From NCBI GenBank assembly GCA_045601475.1, contig JAZRZT010000073.1, positions 1 through 57,849 on the forward strand: 57,849 nucleotides of DNA, read 5' to 3'. Numbering within the stretch: position 1 is the stretch's first letter; each line of letters opens with the position of its first letter. A program made the translations under genes and the position numbers. Positions 27,182 to 36,135 of this stretch are shown here, in pieces. Under the pieces are notes generated by a model. The model made no database searches. It was not told the DNA's origin and was given only the letters and a program-made list of their open reading frames with translations. This stretch comes from Faecousia sp. (GTDB lineage: Bacteria > Bacillota > Clostridia > Oscillospirales > Oscillospiraceae).

Positions 27182-29569
27182 TTATCGACGGGTTGCGTTC
27201 AACTGGGCGGACAGAGCGGCAAGCACCTTGTCAAAAACCTGCTCGCAATCAGCATCGGTTAGAGTCCGATCATCCGCGCGAAGTTCCAGGGAGAAGGCCA
27301 TGCTCTTTTTACCCTCGGGAACGCCGGTGCCGCGGTAGATATCAAACAGACGCACATTGCGCAGAAGTTTGCCAGCAGAAGCGCCGATCACATCCTCAAT
27401 TTGTGCCACAGTAACAGCCTCATCACACAGAATTGCCAGGTCGCGGGTAACACCGGGGTACTTGGGCAGGGCGGTGTAGGTGGGGTCGGGCAGACGCAGG
27501 TCAAACATAGCGGTGAAGTTGATCTCCGCGCAGTAGACCTCGCCGTCAATGCCGTAGTTCTTGGCAACAGCGGGATGAACCTGACCCATATAGCCCAGTT
27601 CCACACCGTCCATGCTCACCTTGGCGCAGCGACCGGGGTGGTAGGAGGGATTCGTGGAAACTGCCTCATAGGTTGCCTTGGGCATCCGCAGACCGGCAAA
27701 AACGGCTTCCAACTCACCCTTCAGAGTGAAGAAGTTTTCTTTCTCGCCGTAAACACCCAGCATCAGCATCTTGGGCTCTTCCGGCAGGACCTGACCCTCT
27801 GTGGGGAGGTAGATCTTTGCCAGCTCGTAAAGCTTTGCGCACTTGTTGTGATATGCATTGTTGCGGGACAGAATGTCCAGCATGGAGGGCAGAACGATGG
27901 TGCGCATGATAGAGGTGTCCTCGCCCAGGGGATTCTGAATCTTCAGGGTGTTACGCAGAGGGGAGTCTGCAGGAATGCGGATCTGATCAAAGATAGTGGG
28001 GGAGACGAAAGAGTAAGTGATGATCTCACTGTAACCTAAGCTGCGGCAGAGGCTACCGGCCTTGCTTTCAAACTGCATCACAGGGGTGTAACCGCCTTGT
28101 GTGGAGGTCTTGAAAGCGGTGGTGGGGATCTCGTTATAGCCGTAGGAACGGCCCACCTCTTCAGCGATATCAGCCATGAGGTTCAGATCGGGGCGGAAAG
28201 AGGGGACGCAAATGGTATCACCCTCTACGCCGATCTCCAGAAGGTTCAGGTACTTGACCATGTCTTTTTTAGAGATGTTGGTGCCCAGCAGGCGGTTGAT
28301 CTTTTCGGGCTCCAAAGGCAGCGTCTTTGTCTCGGGAACGTAGTTGATAATATCGATCATGCCGTCCAGCACATCGCCGGCTTCCAAAAGTTCCACCAGC
28401 TCGCAGGCTCTCTGCACAGCAGGTACAGTCATCATGGGATCCAGATTCTTTTCAAACTTGCCGGAAGAATCGGTACGCATACCCAGGGCCAGGGCAGTTT
28501 GACGGATGGAGGTGCCGTTGAAGTTAGCAGACTCGAAAACAACAGTTGTAGTGTCATCCAAAATCTCGGAGTTTTCGCCGCCCATAATGCCGGCAAGGCC
28601 GATGGCCTTCTCGTCATCAGCAATCACTAGCATACCGGGGGTCAGCTGACGCACATTGCCGTCCAGGGTGGTGATAGTTTCGCCTTCTTCAGCTTCACGG
28701 ACAACGATCTTTCCGGAGGCCACATAGCGGTAGTCAAAGGCATGCATGGGCTGACCGTACTCCAGCATTACATAGTTGGTAATGTCCACGATGTTGTTGA
28801 TGGGACGGATACCATTGGCTCTCAAACGCTGGCGCAGCCATTTGGGAGAGGGTGCGATCTTCACATTCTTCACCATGCGGGAGGTGTAGCGGTTGCAAAG
28901 TTCCTCTGCGGGAACTTCCACATCCAGCATCTCGAAGATAGAGCCGGCATCGCTGCCTTTGACAACAGGCTCGTGGTGCTTCATCTCCATGCCGAATGCG
29001 GCGGCAGATTCTCTTGCCAGACCGATGATGGAGTAGCAGTCGGGGCGGTTGTTGGTGATCTCAAAATCCACGACAGTGTCGTCGTTGCCGATCACCAGGT
29101 TGATATCGTCGCCGGGCTTGCAATCTTCGTCGTTAAGGATCCAAATGCCGTCCTCGTAAGCGCCGGGCAGATCGTTCTGGGTCAGGCCCAGTTCTGCAAA
29201 GGAGCAGAGCATGCCGTTGGACTTCTCGCCACGAAGCTTGCCCTTAGTGATGTGAATACCGCCGGGAAGCCAGGAATTGTGCAGCGCAGCGGGGACAAGG
29301 TCGCCCTGCTTCACATTCTGTGCGCCGGTAACGATCTGGACAGGCTCTTCCTGACCCACATCCACCTGGCAGACCCACATATGGTCGGAATTCTCGTGAC
29401 GGACAATGGAAATAACCTTGCCAACGACAACGTTTCTGATCTCAGCGTCCATACGCTCATAGGTCTCCACCTTCTGACCGAAGACGGTAAGTTTTTCCAC
29501 ATATTCTTTATCGGAAACATGAGAGAGATCTACAAAATCCTCATGCAGCCATTTTCTGTTTAATTTCAT
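27182..29569 (-). CDS. pheT: Phenylalanine--tRNA ligase beta subunit
   Basis: ITNNRPDC, INNIVDITNYVMLEYGQPMHAFD, NPLGED, FDIYRG..KKSMAF. Confidence 0.98.
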   Translation of the reverse strand: MKLNRKWLHEDFVDLSHVSDKEYVEKLTVFGQKVETYERMDAEIRNVVVGKVISIVRHENSDHMWVCQVDVGQEEPVQIVTGAQNVKQGDLVPAALHNSWLPGGIHITKGKLRGEKSNGMLCSFAELGLTQNDLPGAYEDGIWILNDEDCKPGDDINLVIGNDDTVVDFEITNNRPDCYSIIGLARESAAAFGMEMKHHEPVVKGSDAGSIFEMLDVEVPAEELCNRYTSRMVKNVKIAPSPKWLRQRLRANGIRPINNIVDITNYVMLEYGQPMHAFDYRYVASGKIVVREAEEGETITTLDGNVRQLTPGMLVIADDEKAIGLAGIMGGENSEILDDTTTVVFESANFNGTSIRQTALALGMRTDSSGKFEKNLDPMMTVPAVQRACELVELLEAGDVLDGMIDIINYVPETKTLPLEPEKINRLLGTNISKKDMVKYLNLLEIGVEGDTICVPSFRPDLNLMADIAEEVGRSYGYNEIPTTAFKTSTQGGYTPVMQFESKAGSLCRSLGYSEIITYSFVSPTIFDQIRIPADSPLRNTLKIQNPLGEDTSIMRTIVLPSMLDILSRNNAYHNKCAKLYELAKIYLPTEGQVLPEEPKMLMLGVYGEKENFFTLKGELEAVFAGLRMPKATYEAVSTNPSYHPGRCAKVSMDGVELGYMGQVHPAVAKNYGIDGEVYCAEINFTAMFDLRLPDPTYTALPKYPGVTRDLAILCDEAVTVAQIEDVIGASAGKLLRNVRLFDIYRGTGVPEGKKSMAFSLELRADDRTLTDADCEQVFDKVLAALSAQLNATRR

Positions 29570-29584
29570 AGTCTATCCCTCCAA

Positions 29585-30628
29585 TCAGAACTGTTCCAGG
29601 AAGCGGACGTCGTTGTCGAAGATAAGGCGCAGATCGTTAATGCGCATACGACCCATAGCCATACGCTCCAGGCCCATACCAAAAGCAAAGCCGGAGTACT
29701 TCTCAGGGTCAATGCCGCAGTTTTCCAGCACCTTAGGGTGCACCATACCCGCGCCTAGCAGCTCGATCCAGCCTTCGCCGTGGCAGGTGGAGCAGACGTT
29801 GCCGTCTACTTCGCCGGTACCGTGGCACTTGTGGCACTGCATGTCCATTTCGCAGCTGGGCTCGGTGAAGGGGAAGTGATGAGGACGAAAACGCATCTGA
29901 GAATCCTCGCCGTAAATCTGCTTCATAATGGCAACCAAGGCGCCCTTCAGGTCACCCATGGTGATGTTCTCATCCACCACAAGACCTTCGATCTGGTGGA
30001 ACATAGGGGAGTGGGTGGCGTCTGCCTCATCCTTACGGAACACGCGGCCGGGAGCCAGCATACACAGAGGCGGCTTGTTGTTTTCCATAAAGCGGATCTG
30101 CATAGGGCTGGTCTGGGTACGCAGCAGAACGGCATCATCGTCGGTGAAATAGAAGGTATCGCTGCGGTCGCGGGAGGGGTGGCCTTCCTCAATGTTGAGC
30201 CTTGTGAAGTTATAATCAGCCAGTTCTACTTCGGGGCCGTCTACAACCTGGTAGCCCATACCCACGAAGATGTCCTTGATCTGCTGAAGCACCATGTTCA
30301 TGGGGTGCTGATGGCCCATCTTGACCTCTTCGCCGGGGATTGTGACGTCAATGGCTTCTGCAGCCAGTTTTGCTTCCAAAACGGATGCGTTAATAGCGCT
30401 CTTGCGCTCTTCCAGTTTAGCCTCGATCTCGGCGCGGACAGAGTTTGCAATCTGACCCATGATGGGGCGCTCCTCGGGGGAGAGTTTACCCATCTGCTTC
30501 AGAACAGCGGTAATTTCACCCTTCTTGCCCAGCAGCTTGACGCGCAGTTCCTCCAGCTGTGCCGGGGTCGTGGCGTTATCCAGATCAATAACAGCCTGCT
30601 GCTTGATTTGTTCCAGTTGTTCTCTCAT
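29585..30628 (-). CDS. pheS: Phenylalanine--tRNA ligase alpha subunit
   Basis: HPSRD, LRTQTSPMQ, DATHSPMFHQIEG, FPFTEPS, GFAFGMGLER; SD AAGGAG before ATG 30628. Confidence 0.98.
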   Translation of the reverse strand: MREQLEQIKQQAVIDLDNATTPAQLEELRVKLLGKKGEITAVLKQMGKLSPEERPIMGQIANSVRAEIEAKLEERKSAINASVLEAKLAAEAIDVTIPGEEVKMGHQHPMNMVLQQIKDIFVGMGYQVVDGPEVELADYNFTRLNIEEGHPSRDRSDTFYFTDDDAVLLRTQTSPMQIRFMENNKPPLCMLAPGRVFRKDEADATHSPMFHQIEGLVVDENITMGDLKGALVAIMKQIYGEDSQMRFRPHHFPFTEPSCEMDMQCHKCHGTGEVDGNVCSTCHGEGWIELLGAGMVHPKVLENCGIDPEKYSGFAFGMGLERMAMGRMRINDLRLIFDNDVRFLEQF

Positions 30629-30657
30629 AACTGTTTCTCCTTCCAAACAGATAAATA

Positions 30658-30910
30658 CAAAAAAATCCCTCATCCCACAATCGGGACGAAGGAAACCTCC
30701 GCGGTACCACCCGCAATTCGCCATAGGCGCAGCTCATCGGTGCAAACACACCTTTGACCGTTAACGGAATCACCCGGCGCACCCTACTACCAGTTCAGGT
30801 GGCAGCTCCTGGGAGAAAGCCCGATACCTTGCGTAAGTGGATCCCACCATCCCACTTTCTCTGAACCCGCAATCCCGGTACAGGACAGCCCATTCAATGC
30901 CTTTGCATAT
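30658..30910 (-). promoter_or_regulatory. T-box riboswitch (Phe) upstream of pheST
   Basis: T-box AATTGCGGGTGGTACCGCG (30700-30718), probable TTC specifier (30815-30817), terminator hairpin with U-tract, upstream TTGCAT-17-TACCAT promoter. Confidence 0.93.
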
Positions 30911-31007
30911 CGGTGGTATGGTATCACATTCCTACATAAAATGCAAGGGAAATTTCTGTTTGACGGCAAAATTTGCGGATGATATGATACAAATGAGGGG
31001 TGATAAT

Positions 31008-31856
31008 ATGATGCAAACAATCATTAACCGTGAATTTATAGACAAAACACTCCCGGATCGGCCTTTGGATGCCCATAAGGGCAATTTCGGCAAGATCCTG
31101 CTTCTTTGCGGAAGCAGAGGTTATACCGGTGCTGCGGCACTGTCGGCCATGGGCGCGCTTCGCAGCGGCGCGGGGCTTGTGTATTTGGGTGTACCGGAGA
31201 GTATTTATGAAATTGAAGCGGTGAAATTAACAGAGCCGATTGTGTTCCCACTACCTGACGATCATGGCGGGTATGCATCCGTGGCGATAGCGCACATTGC
31301 GCCGCTTCTTTGCAAAATGGATGCTGTTCTGGTCGGACCGGGGATCGGTCAAGGGAAAGGCGCGGCAGATGTTGTAAATTATGTACTCGAAAATTATTCC
31401 GGTCCTATAGTTTTGGATGCAGATGGCATGAATCTCATATCCCGGCATAAAGATATTCTGCGAGGTAGAACATGTCCTACAATTCTGACACCCCATGCCG
31501 GTGAGTTTGCAAGACTGATGCCGGAATGTACGGGCGACAGGGTTCTTGATGCGCAGATGCTTGCCGAGGATTTAGGCGTAACCGTATTGCTTAAGGGTCA
31601 TAACACGGTGGTCACTGATGGTAAAAGAATCTATATAAACCCAACCGGCAACCCTGGAATGGCTGTAGGCGGATGCGGCGATGTGTTATCTGGTATCATT
31701 GTCAGTCTGTTGGGACAAGGCATCGCTCCTGTGGAGGCTGCCGCGTGTGCGGCATGGCTTCATGGCGCTGCGGGTGATCTTTGTGCCAAGGAGATCGGTC
31801 AGTACGGGATGCTGCCGACAGATATGTTGCATGTTCTGCCGCGACTTATGAAATAG
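31008..31856 (+). CDS. nnrD: ADP-dependent NAD(P)H-hydrate dehydratase
   Basis: HKGNFG, GAAALSAMGALRSGAGLV, LDADG, LTPHAGE, GNPGMAVGGCGDVL. Confidence 0.92.
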   Translation: MMQTIINREFIDKTLPDRPLDAHKGNFGKILLLCGSRGYTGAAALSAMGALRSGAGLVYLGVPESIYEIEAVKLTEPIVFPLPDDHGGYASVAIAHIAPLLCKMDAVLVGPGIGQGKGAADVVNYVLENYSGPIVLDADGMNLISRHKDILRGRTCPTILTPHAGEFARLMPECTGDRVLDAQMLAEDLGVTVLLKGHNTVVTDGKRIYINPTGNPGMAVGGCGDVLSGIIVSLLGQGIAPVEAAACAAWLHGAAGDLCAKEIGQYGMLPTDMLHVLPRLMK

Positions 31857-31868
31857 GGTGGGATACGC

Positions 31869-32426
31869 TTGAAGAGAGTCCTGTCTGTGGTGCTGTTAAT
31901 TCTCTTCCTTTCCGGGTGTGGAGATAATTCCGGGTTGGATAAAGGGATGCGGCTGCGAAATGCGATGTTGCAGGGAGCCGGATGTGAGTTTGATGCAATG
32001 ATTACTGCAGATTACGGAGAAAAGGTCTATACATTTGGAATGCACTGTCAGACAGATGCCGCAGGGGTACTTACGTTTTCTGTGACAGAGCCGGCCACGA
32101 TTGCCGGAATTTGCGGTACTGTGGATGAAAACGGCGGAAAACTGACTTTCCGGGATAAGGCGCTGGCCTTTCCTGATCTACCGGACGGTCAGATTTCCCC
32201 TGTGACAGCACCATGGCTGTTGATACATGGATTACAAGGGGGCTATATAAAAGCCTGCGAAGATAAGGATGATGGAATCCATATTGTAATTGATGACAGT
32301 TACCGGCAGAATACCGTGCAGATGGATGTCTACTGTGACAAAAACAACAATCCCATACGGGGAGAGATCCTGTGGGAAGGCCGACGCATCATTACAATCG
32401 ATGTCACAAATTTTACCATCGGGTAG
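31869..32426 (+). CDS. Lipoprotein, possibly GerS/YdcC (LolA-like) family
   Basis: Signal peptide with lipobox LSGC; sits between nnr and mazF, where gerS/ydcC lies in other Firmicutes. Confidence 0.65.
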   Translation: MKRVLSVVLLILFLSGCGDNSGLDKGMRLRNAMLQGAGCEFDAMITADYGEKVYTFGMHCQTDAAGVLTFSVTEPATIAGICGTVDENGGKLTFRDKALAFPDLPDGQISPVTAPWLLIHGLQGGYIKACEDKDDGIHIVIDDSYRQNTVQMDVYCDKNNNPIRGEILWEGRRIITIDVTNFTIG

Positions 32427-32562
32427 CATTTTGTCATATCTTGCATAGGATAAATTGACAGCGCTGTCGTATATTTTCTGTTGTAAGTGGGACAATATCA
32501 TTAACCGCGTTACATAGAAAAGCCGTAGCGTGGTCAATGATTTCTCACGGAGTGTGGCGCTA

Positions 32563-32928
32563 ATGGACAGCACGGTGAAACGTGGCGATATATTCTATGC
32601 AGACCTCTCGCCGGTGGTGGGCAGTGAACAGGGTGGGACCCGTCCTGTGCTTATTGTTCAGAATGATACAGGCAACCGACATTCTCCCACAGTTATTGCT
32701 GCGGCGATCACCAGTCAGACAGGTAAGGCTCGACTGCCTACCCATATCAATATTGCCGGTGGCAGTGTGGGTCTGAGTAAGGATTCTGTGATTCTTTTGG
32801 AGCAGATCAGAACGATCGACAAGCGCAGATTGCGGGAGCACATGGGTCATCTTGATGAAGAAAAAATGTCCCTTGTTGATACAGCGATTGCGGTGAGTTT
32901 TGGACTTTCCGACAACAGATCCATATAG
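32563..32928 (+). CDS. mazF: PemK/MazF family mRNA interferase (NdoA-like)
   Basis: [47 protein letters not shown]. Confidence 0.96.
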   Translation: MDSTVKRGDIFYADLSPVVGSEQGGTRPVLIVQNDTGNRHSPTVIAAAITSQTGKARLPTHINIAGGSVGLSKDSVILLEQIRTIDKRRLREHMGHLDEEKMSLVDTAIAVSFGLSDNRSI

Positions 32929-32977
32929 AATGAAACATCCCCCTGAGGCGTATGCTTGCATCAAGGGGGTGTTTGCT

Positions 32978-33376
32978 ATGCGGGAACAGTATTCGGTTTT
33001 ATGGAATGGTCGAGAAGTGGGGCTTGCCAGGATCCAACGGCAGGGATTATATTGCCATATACAATGCGAGTTTGTCGCACAGATAGGGGAGATGTATGTT
33101 CTTTACGCCCAGACCGGGGACGAGTCGCAACGTCTGGGTGTGCCGATCCTATGCGGTAATGCGTTTGTTTTGAACACCAGAATTCCAATCAAGCGGTTTC
33201 CCCAAAATATTCAGGGAATATATGTTATCAGAAAACAGGATGAAGGTGTGTCTGCGGAATGTTTACTCGTGGAGGGAAAAGCGGTGAGTGACCTTAGACA
33301 TCTCATGGAAAAGAAGCTAAACTTCACCGAGGGTGGTGTGTTCCTTATTGATACCTGCATCAACCGGCATAAATAA
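32978..33376 (+). CDS. Hypothetical protein
   Basis: 132-aa ORF with AGGGGGTG SD; no recognisable motif. Confidence 0.6.
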   Translation: MREQYSVLWNGREVGLARIQRQGLYCHIQCEFVAQIGEMYVLYAQTGDESQRLGVPILCGNAFVLNTRIPIKRFPQNIQGIYVIRKQDEGVSAECLLVEGKAVSDLRHLMEKKLNFTEGGVFLIDTCINRHK

Positions 33377-33707
33377 GATCTTTTATGATTTCGATTTTCT
33401 TTTCCCCTATGCCGGGGATGGCCTCCAACTCATAGATTGTATAAAATGATCCCACCTCTTCGCGATAGGCCACGATCCGTTCTGCCAACGCGTCACCGAT
33501 GCCAGGCAGGGTGGTGAGTTCTTCGATTGTTGCTGTGTTAAGATTGATCTTTGTAGGGTCTTGCATACTTGCTTGGGTTGGCTTTGTGTGATCACCCTGT
33601 GTCAGGGGGACCGTGTTGGTCATGCGTCTGCCCACAAAGATTCCGATACATAGGAAAATAAAAGCAATCGTGAGGATTACAGAGAGATTTGCCAATAGTT
33701 TTTTCAC
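33360..33707 (-). CDS. ComEA-like helix-hairpin-helix DNA-binding membrane protein
   Basis: N-terminal TM; [32 protein letters not shown]; GTG start with GGAGG SD. Confidence 0.88.
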   Translation of the reverse strand: MKKLLANLSVILTIAFIFLCIGIFVGRRMTNTVPLTQGDHTKPTQASMQDPTKINLNTATIEELTTLPGIGDALAERIVAYREEVGSFYTIYELEAIPGIGEKKIEIIKDLIYAG

Positions 33708-33818
33708 GAAAAAAGCCTCCCGGATTGACTGCAATGAAAATTACTGGTATAATTAATAAAATTATACATGCAACCCGGCGTTCACACAAGTGGGAATGCC
33801 GTCAATTGAGGGAATTTT

Positions 33819-35249
33819 ATGAAAAAAAGAGAAATCTTTTGTATATTTCTAAGCCTGTTGCTGGTGTTATCTTGTGTGTGTGTTCCCGCCTTTGCCACGG
33901 ATGTGGAAAATGGAGAGCTCACACAGAACTCAGCTTACAACAGCAGCTATTCCACGGATGCACAGGTCGGCGTTCTGGGAAGTGAGCAGCTCATTGAGAA
34001 TGCAAAGTCTGTGTTTCTCTATGAGACAAACAGCGATACTCTGATGTATGCCTGGAATCCGGATGAGAAGATGATCCCTTCCAGTCTCGTGAAAATGATG
34101 ACAGCACTGATTGCCATCGAAAAGGGCAACATGAAGGATGCGGTCACTGTCACCCAGGAAGTAGTGGACATGATCCCTAAGGATGCTGTTAAGGTGAAAC
34201 CCAGTCTTGTAGCTGAGGAAGTCATGACACTGGAGGATTTGATCCTTTGCATGATGGTGGGATCCGGCAATGATGCTGCGGCTGTGATTGCCCAGCATGT
34301 TGGCGGGAGTCAGCTGGAATTTGTGCGCATGATGAACGCCCGTGCAGTAGAGCTTGGGTGTACCGGCACGGAATTTACCAATGCCCACGGTATTGAGGAT
34401 AATATCCAGCATACCACCGCAAGAGATATGGCCAAGATCTTAGATGCGGCCCTTGAAAACGAACAGTTTGTAAAGATTTTTCAGACGCCGCACTGCATCA
34501 TTCCTGCAACCAACAAAGCGGACGAACGGAATATCCTCACGAATAACTATCTGATCAGTACGGATGACTTGACTATTTACTATGATCCCCGTGTTACCGG
34601 CGGCAGAACCGGCGTCAACAATGACGGAAGCCGCTGCATCGCTTCTGTTTCAGAGTCAAACGGCATGAAACTAATTTGTGTGGTTATGGGTTCTCAGTCT
34701 ACCTTGCATGAGGAAAGCCTTGCAATTAAGGCGTTTGGCGGCTTCAATGAGACAAGAGAACTTCTGGATATCGGTTACGGCGGCTATAAAACAGCACAAA
34801 TTTTGTACGCCGGACAAAGCTTGACACAAAGGAATGTGTTAAACGGTTCCAGTACGGTTACGCTGGGTCCCGATGTGTTTGCTTCCGCCGTGCTTCCTGA
34901 GAAGGTCACTACCAGCGAACTTACCTATCGGTATTCCGATATGGGCAGGGATTTGACGGCGCCTATCAATAAGGGCGATAAGGTGTCTTCCGTGGAGGTT
35001 TGGTATGGCAATCTGTGTATTGCCCAGGCTGACCTTTATGCGTTAAATTCTGTTCGCGAAGCGGATAGTTTTGTGATCATAAGAGAGTCTGACGGCTTCC
35101 CCTGGTGGGGTGTGCTTCTAATCATTGTTGGTATCGGTGTTGTAGCGTTCTTTGGCCTTGTTGCTGCTCGCTTTGTCAACGGTGCGAAGGCTATGGCTAA
35201 GAGACAAAGAGGCAGACGCTACGCCCGAAACCGCAGAAGGAGCCGCTGA
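33819..35249 (+). CDS. D-alanyl-D-alanine carboxypeptidase (S11 family)
   Basis: Signal peptide, SLVK (SxxK), SGN (SxN), RTG in place of KTG, C-terminal TM anchor. Confidence 0.9.
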   Translation: MKKREIFCIFLSLLLVLSCVCVPAFATDVENGELTQNSAYNSSYSTDAQVGVLGSEQLIENAKSVFLYETNSDTLMYAWNPDEKMIPSSLVKMMTALIAIEKGNMKDAVTVTQEVVDMIPKDAVKVKPSLVAEEVMTLEDLILCMMVGSGNDAAAVIAQHVGGSQLEFVRMMNARAVELGCTGTEFTNAHGIEDNIQHTTARDMAKILDAALENEQFVKIFQTPHCIIPATNKADERNILTNNYLISTDDLTIYYDPRVTGGRTGVNNDGSRCIASVSESNGMKLICVVMGSQSTLHEESLAIKAFGGFNETRELLDIGYGGYKTAQILYAGQSLTQRNVLNGSSTVTLGPDVFASAVLPEKVTTSELTYRYSDMGRDLTAPINKGDKVSSVEVWYGNLCIAQADLYALNSVREADSFVIIRESDGFPWWGVLLIIVGIGVVAFFGLVAARFVNGAKAMAKRQRGRRYARNRRRSR

Positions 35250-35250
35250 T

Positions 35251-35814
35251 ATGCTGGATTGGAAAGAGTTAGAGAGTCAGTGTTCCAACTGTACGAAGTG
35301 CACTTTAGCTGATACACGCCACAATGTTGTATTTGGTGTCGGTCCTAAGGATGCAAAAATTATGTTCATTGGAGAAGGTCCCGGCGAACAGGAGGATATG
35401 CAGGGAGAGCCTTTTGTTGGTGCTGCCGGAAAATTTTTGGACGAAATGCTGTCTATTATTGACCTGGGCAGACATAATTGTTACATTGCCAACATTGTCA
35501 AATGCCGTCCTCCCAGAAACCGGGATCCCCAGGAGGAAGAACAAGCCGCCTGCATGGGGTATTTGCGTAATCAGGTAGCACTGATCAAGCCGCGTATCAT
35601 TGTTTGCCTTGGACGAATTGCGGCAAAAAAGATCATTTATGAATCATTCCGTATCACCCAGGAACATGGTACTTGGATCGAGCGGAACGGCGTTTGGCTG
35701 ACAGCGATGTATCACCCTTCTGCGCTTTTGCGGGATTTTACCAAACGTCCTGAGACCTTTGAGGATCTGCTGATCCTTAGGGATAAGATTCATGAATTGA
35801 ATATTCAGATATGA
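35251..35814 (+). CDS. Family 4 uracil-DNA glycosylase
   Basis: CTKC.L, GEGPG..ED..GEPFVG, KCRPP.NR, HPSALLR. Confidence 0.93.
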   Translation: MLDWKELESQCSNCTKCTLADTRHNVVFGVGPKDAKIMFIGEGPGEQEDMQGEPFVGAAGKFLDEMLSIIDLGRHNCYIANIVKCRPPRNRDPQEEEQAACMGYLRNQVALIKPRIIVCLGRIAAKKIIYESFRITQEHGTWIERNGVWLTAMYHPSALLRDFTKRPETFEDLLILRDKIHELNIQI

Positions 35815-35845
35815 CATGTTTTGTTGTTTAAGATGATTTTCTGTG

Positions 35846-36118
35846 TTGACAGAAATCGGGAAATGTGATACTTTTAGCAATGATAAACGCGAAGAAAAGG
35901 AGTTTTCATGCCGGAAGACTTTCAAGAGAGCACATGGTTGGTGGAAATGTGCAGGTCTCGGTTTGAATTGTCGCCTTGGAGCAGGCTTTCTGAAGCAGTA
36001 GGAAAGCACGGGGATCGCCCGTTACAGCGAATTGAGTGCCCGATTATCGGGAATTCAGGTGGTACCACGGAACTGTAATTTTCCGCCCTGAGCTGTTTGG
36101 CTCAGGGCGTTTTACTTT
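35846..36118 (+). promoter_or_regulatory. SigA promoter and T-box riboswitch (Val) upstream of valS
   Basis: TTGACA-17-TACTTT; probable GTC specifier 35970-35972; AATTCAGGTGGTACCACG 36052-36069; terminator CGCCCTGAGC/GCTCAGGGCG-TTTT. Confidence 0.93.
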
Positions 36119-36135
36119 TGAAAGGAGTGTAGAAT

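Noticed and set aside
29770-29840. CxxC...CxxC insert in PheS
   Set aside because: A Cys-rich insert at this position is common in Firmicute PheS
27401-30757. Plus-strand ORFs of 177-325 aa opposite pheST
   Set aside because: Antisense shadows of strongly biased housekeeping genes
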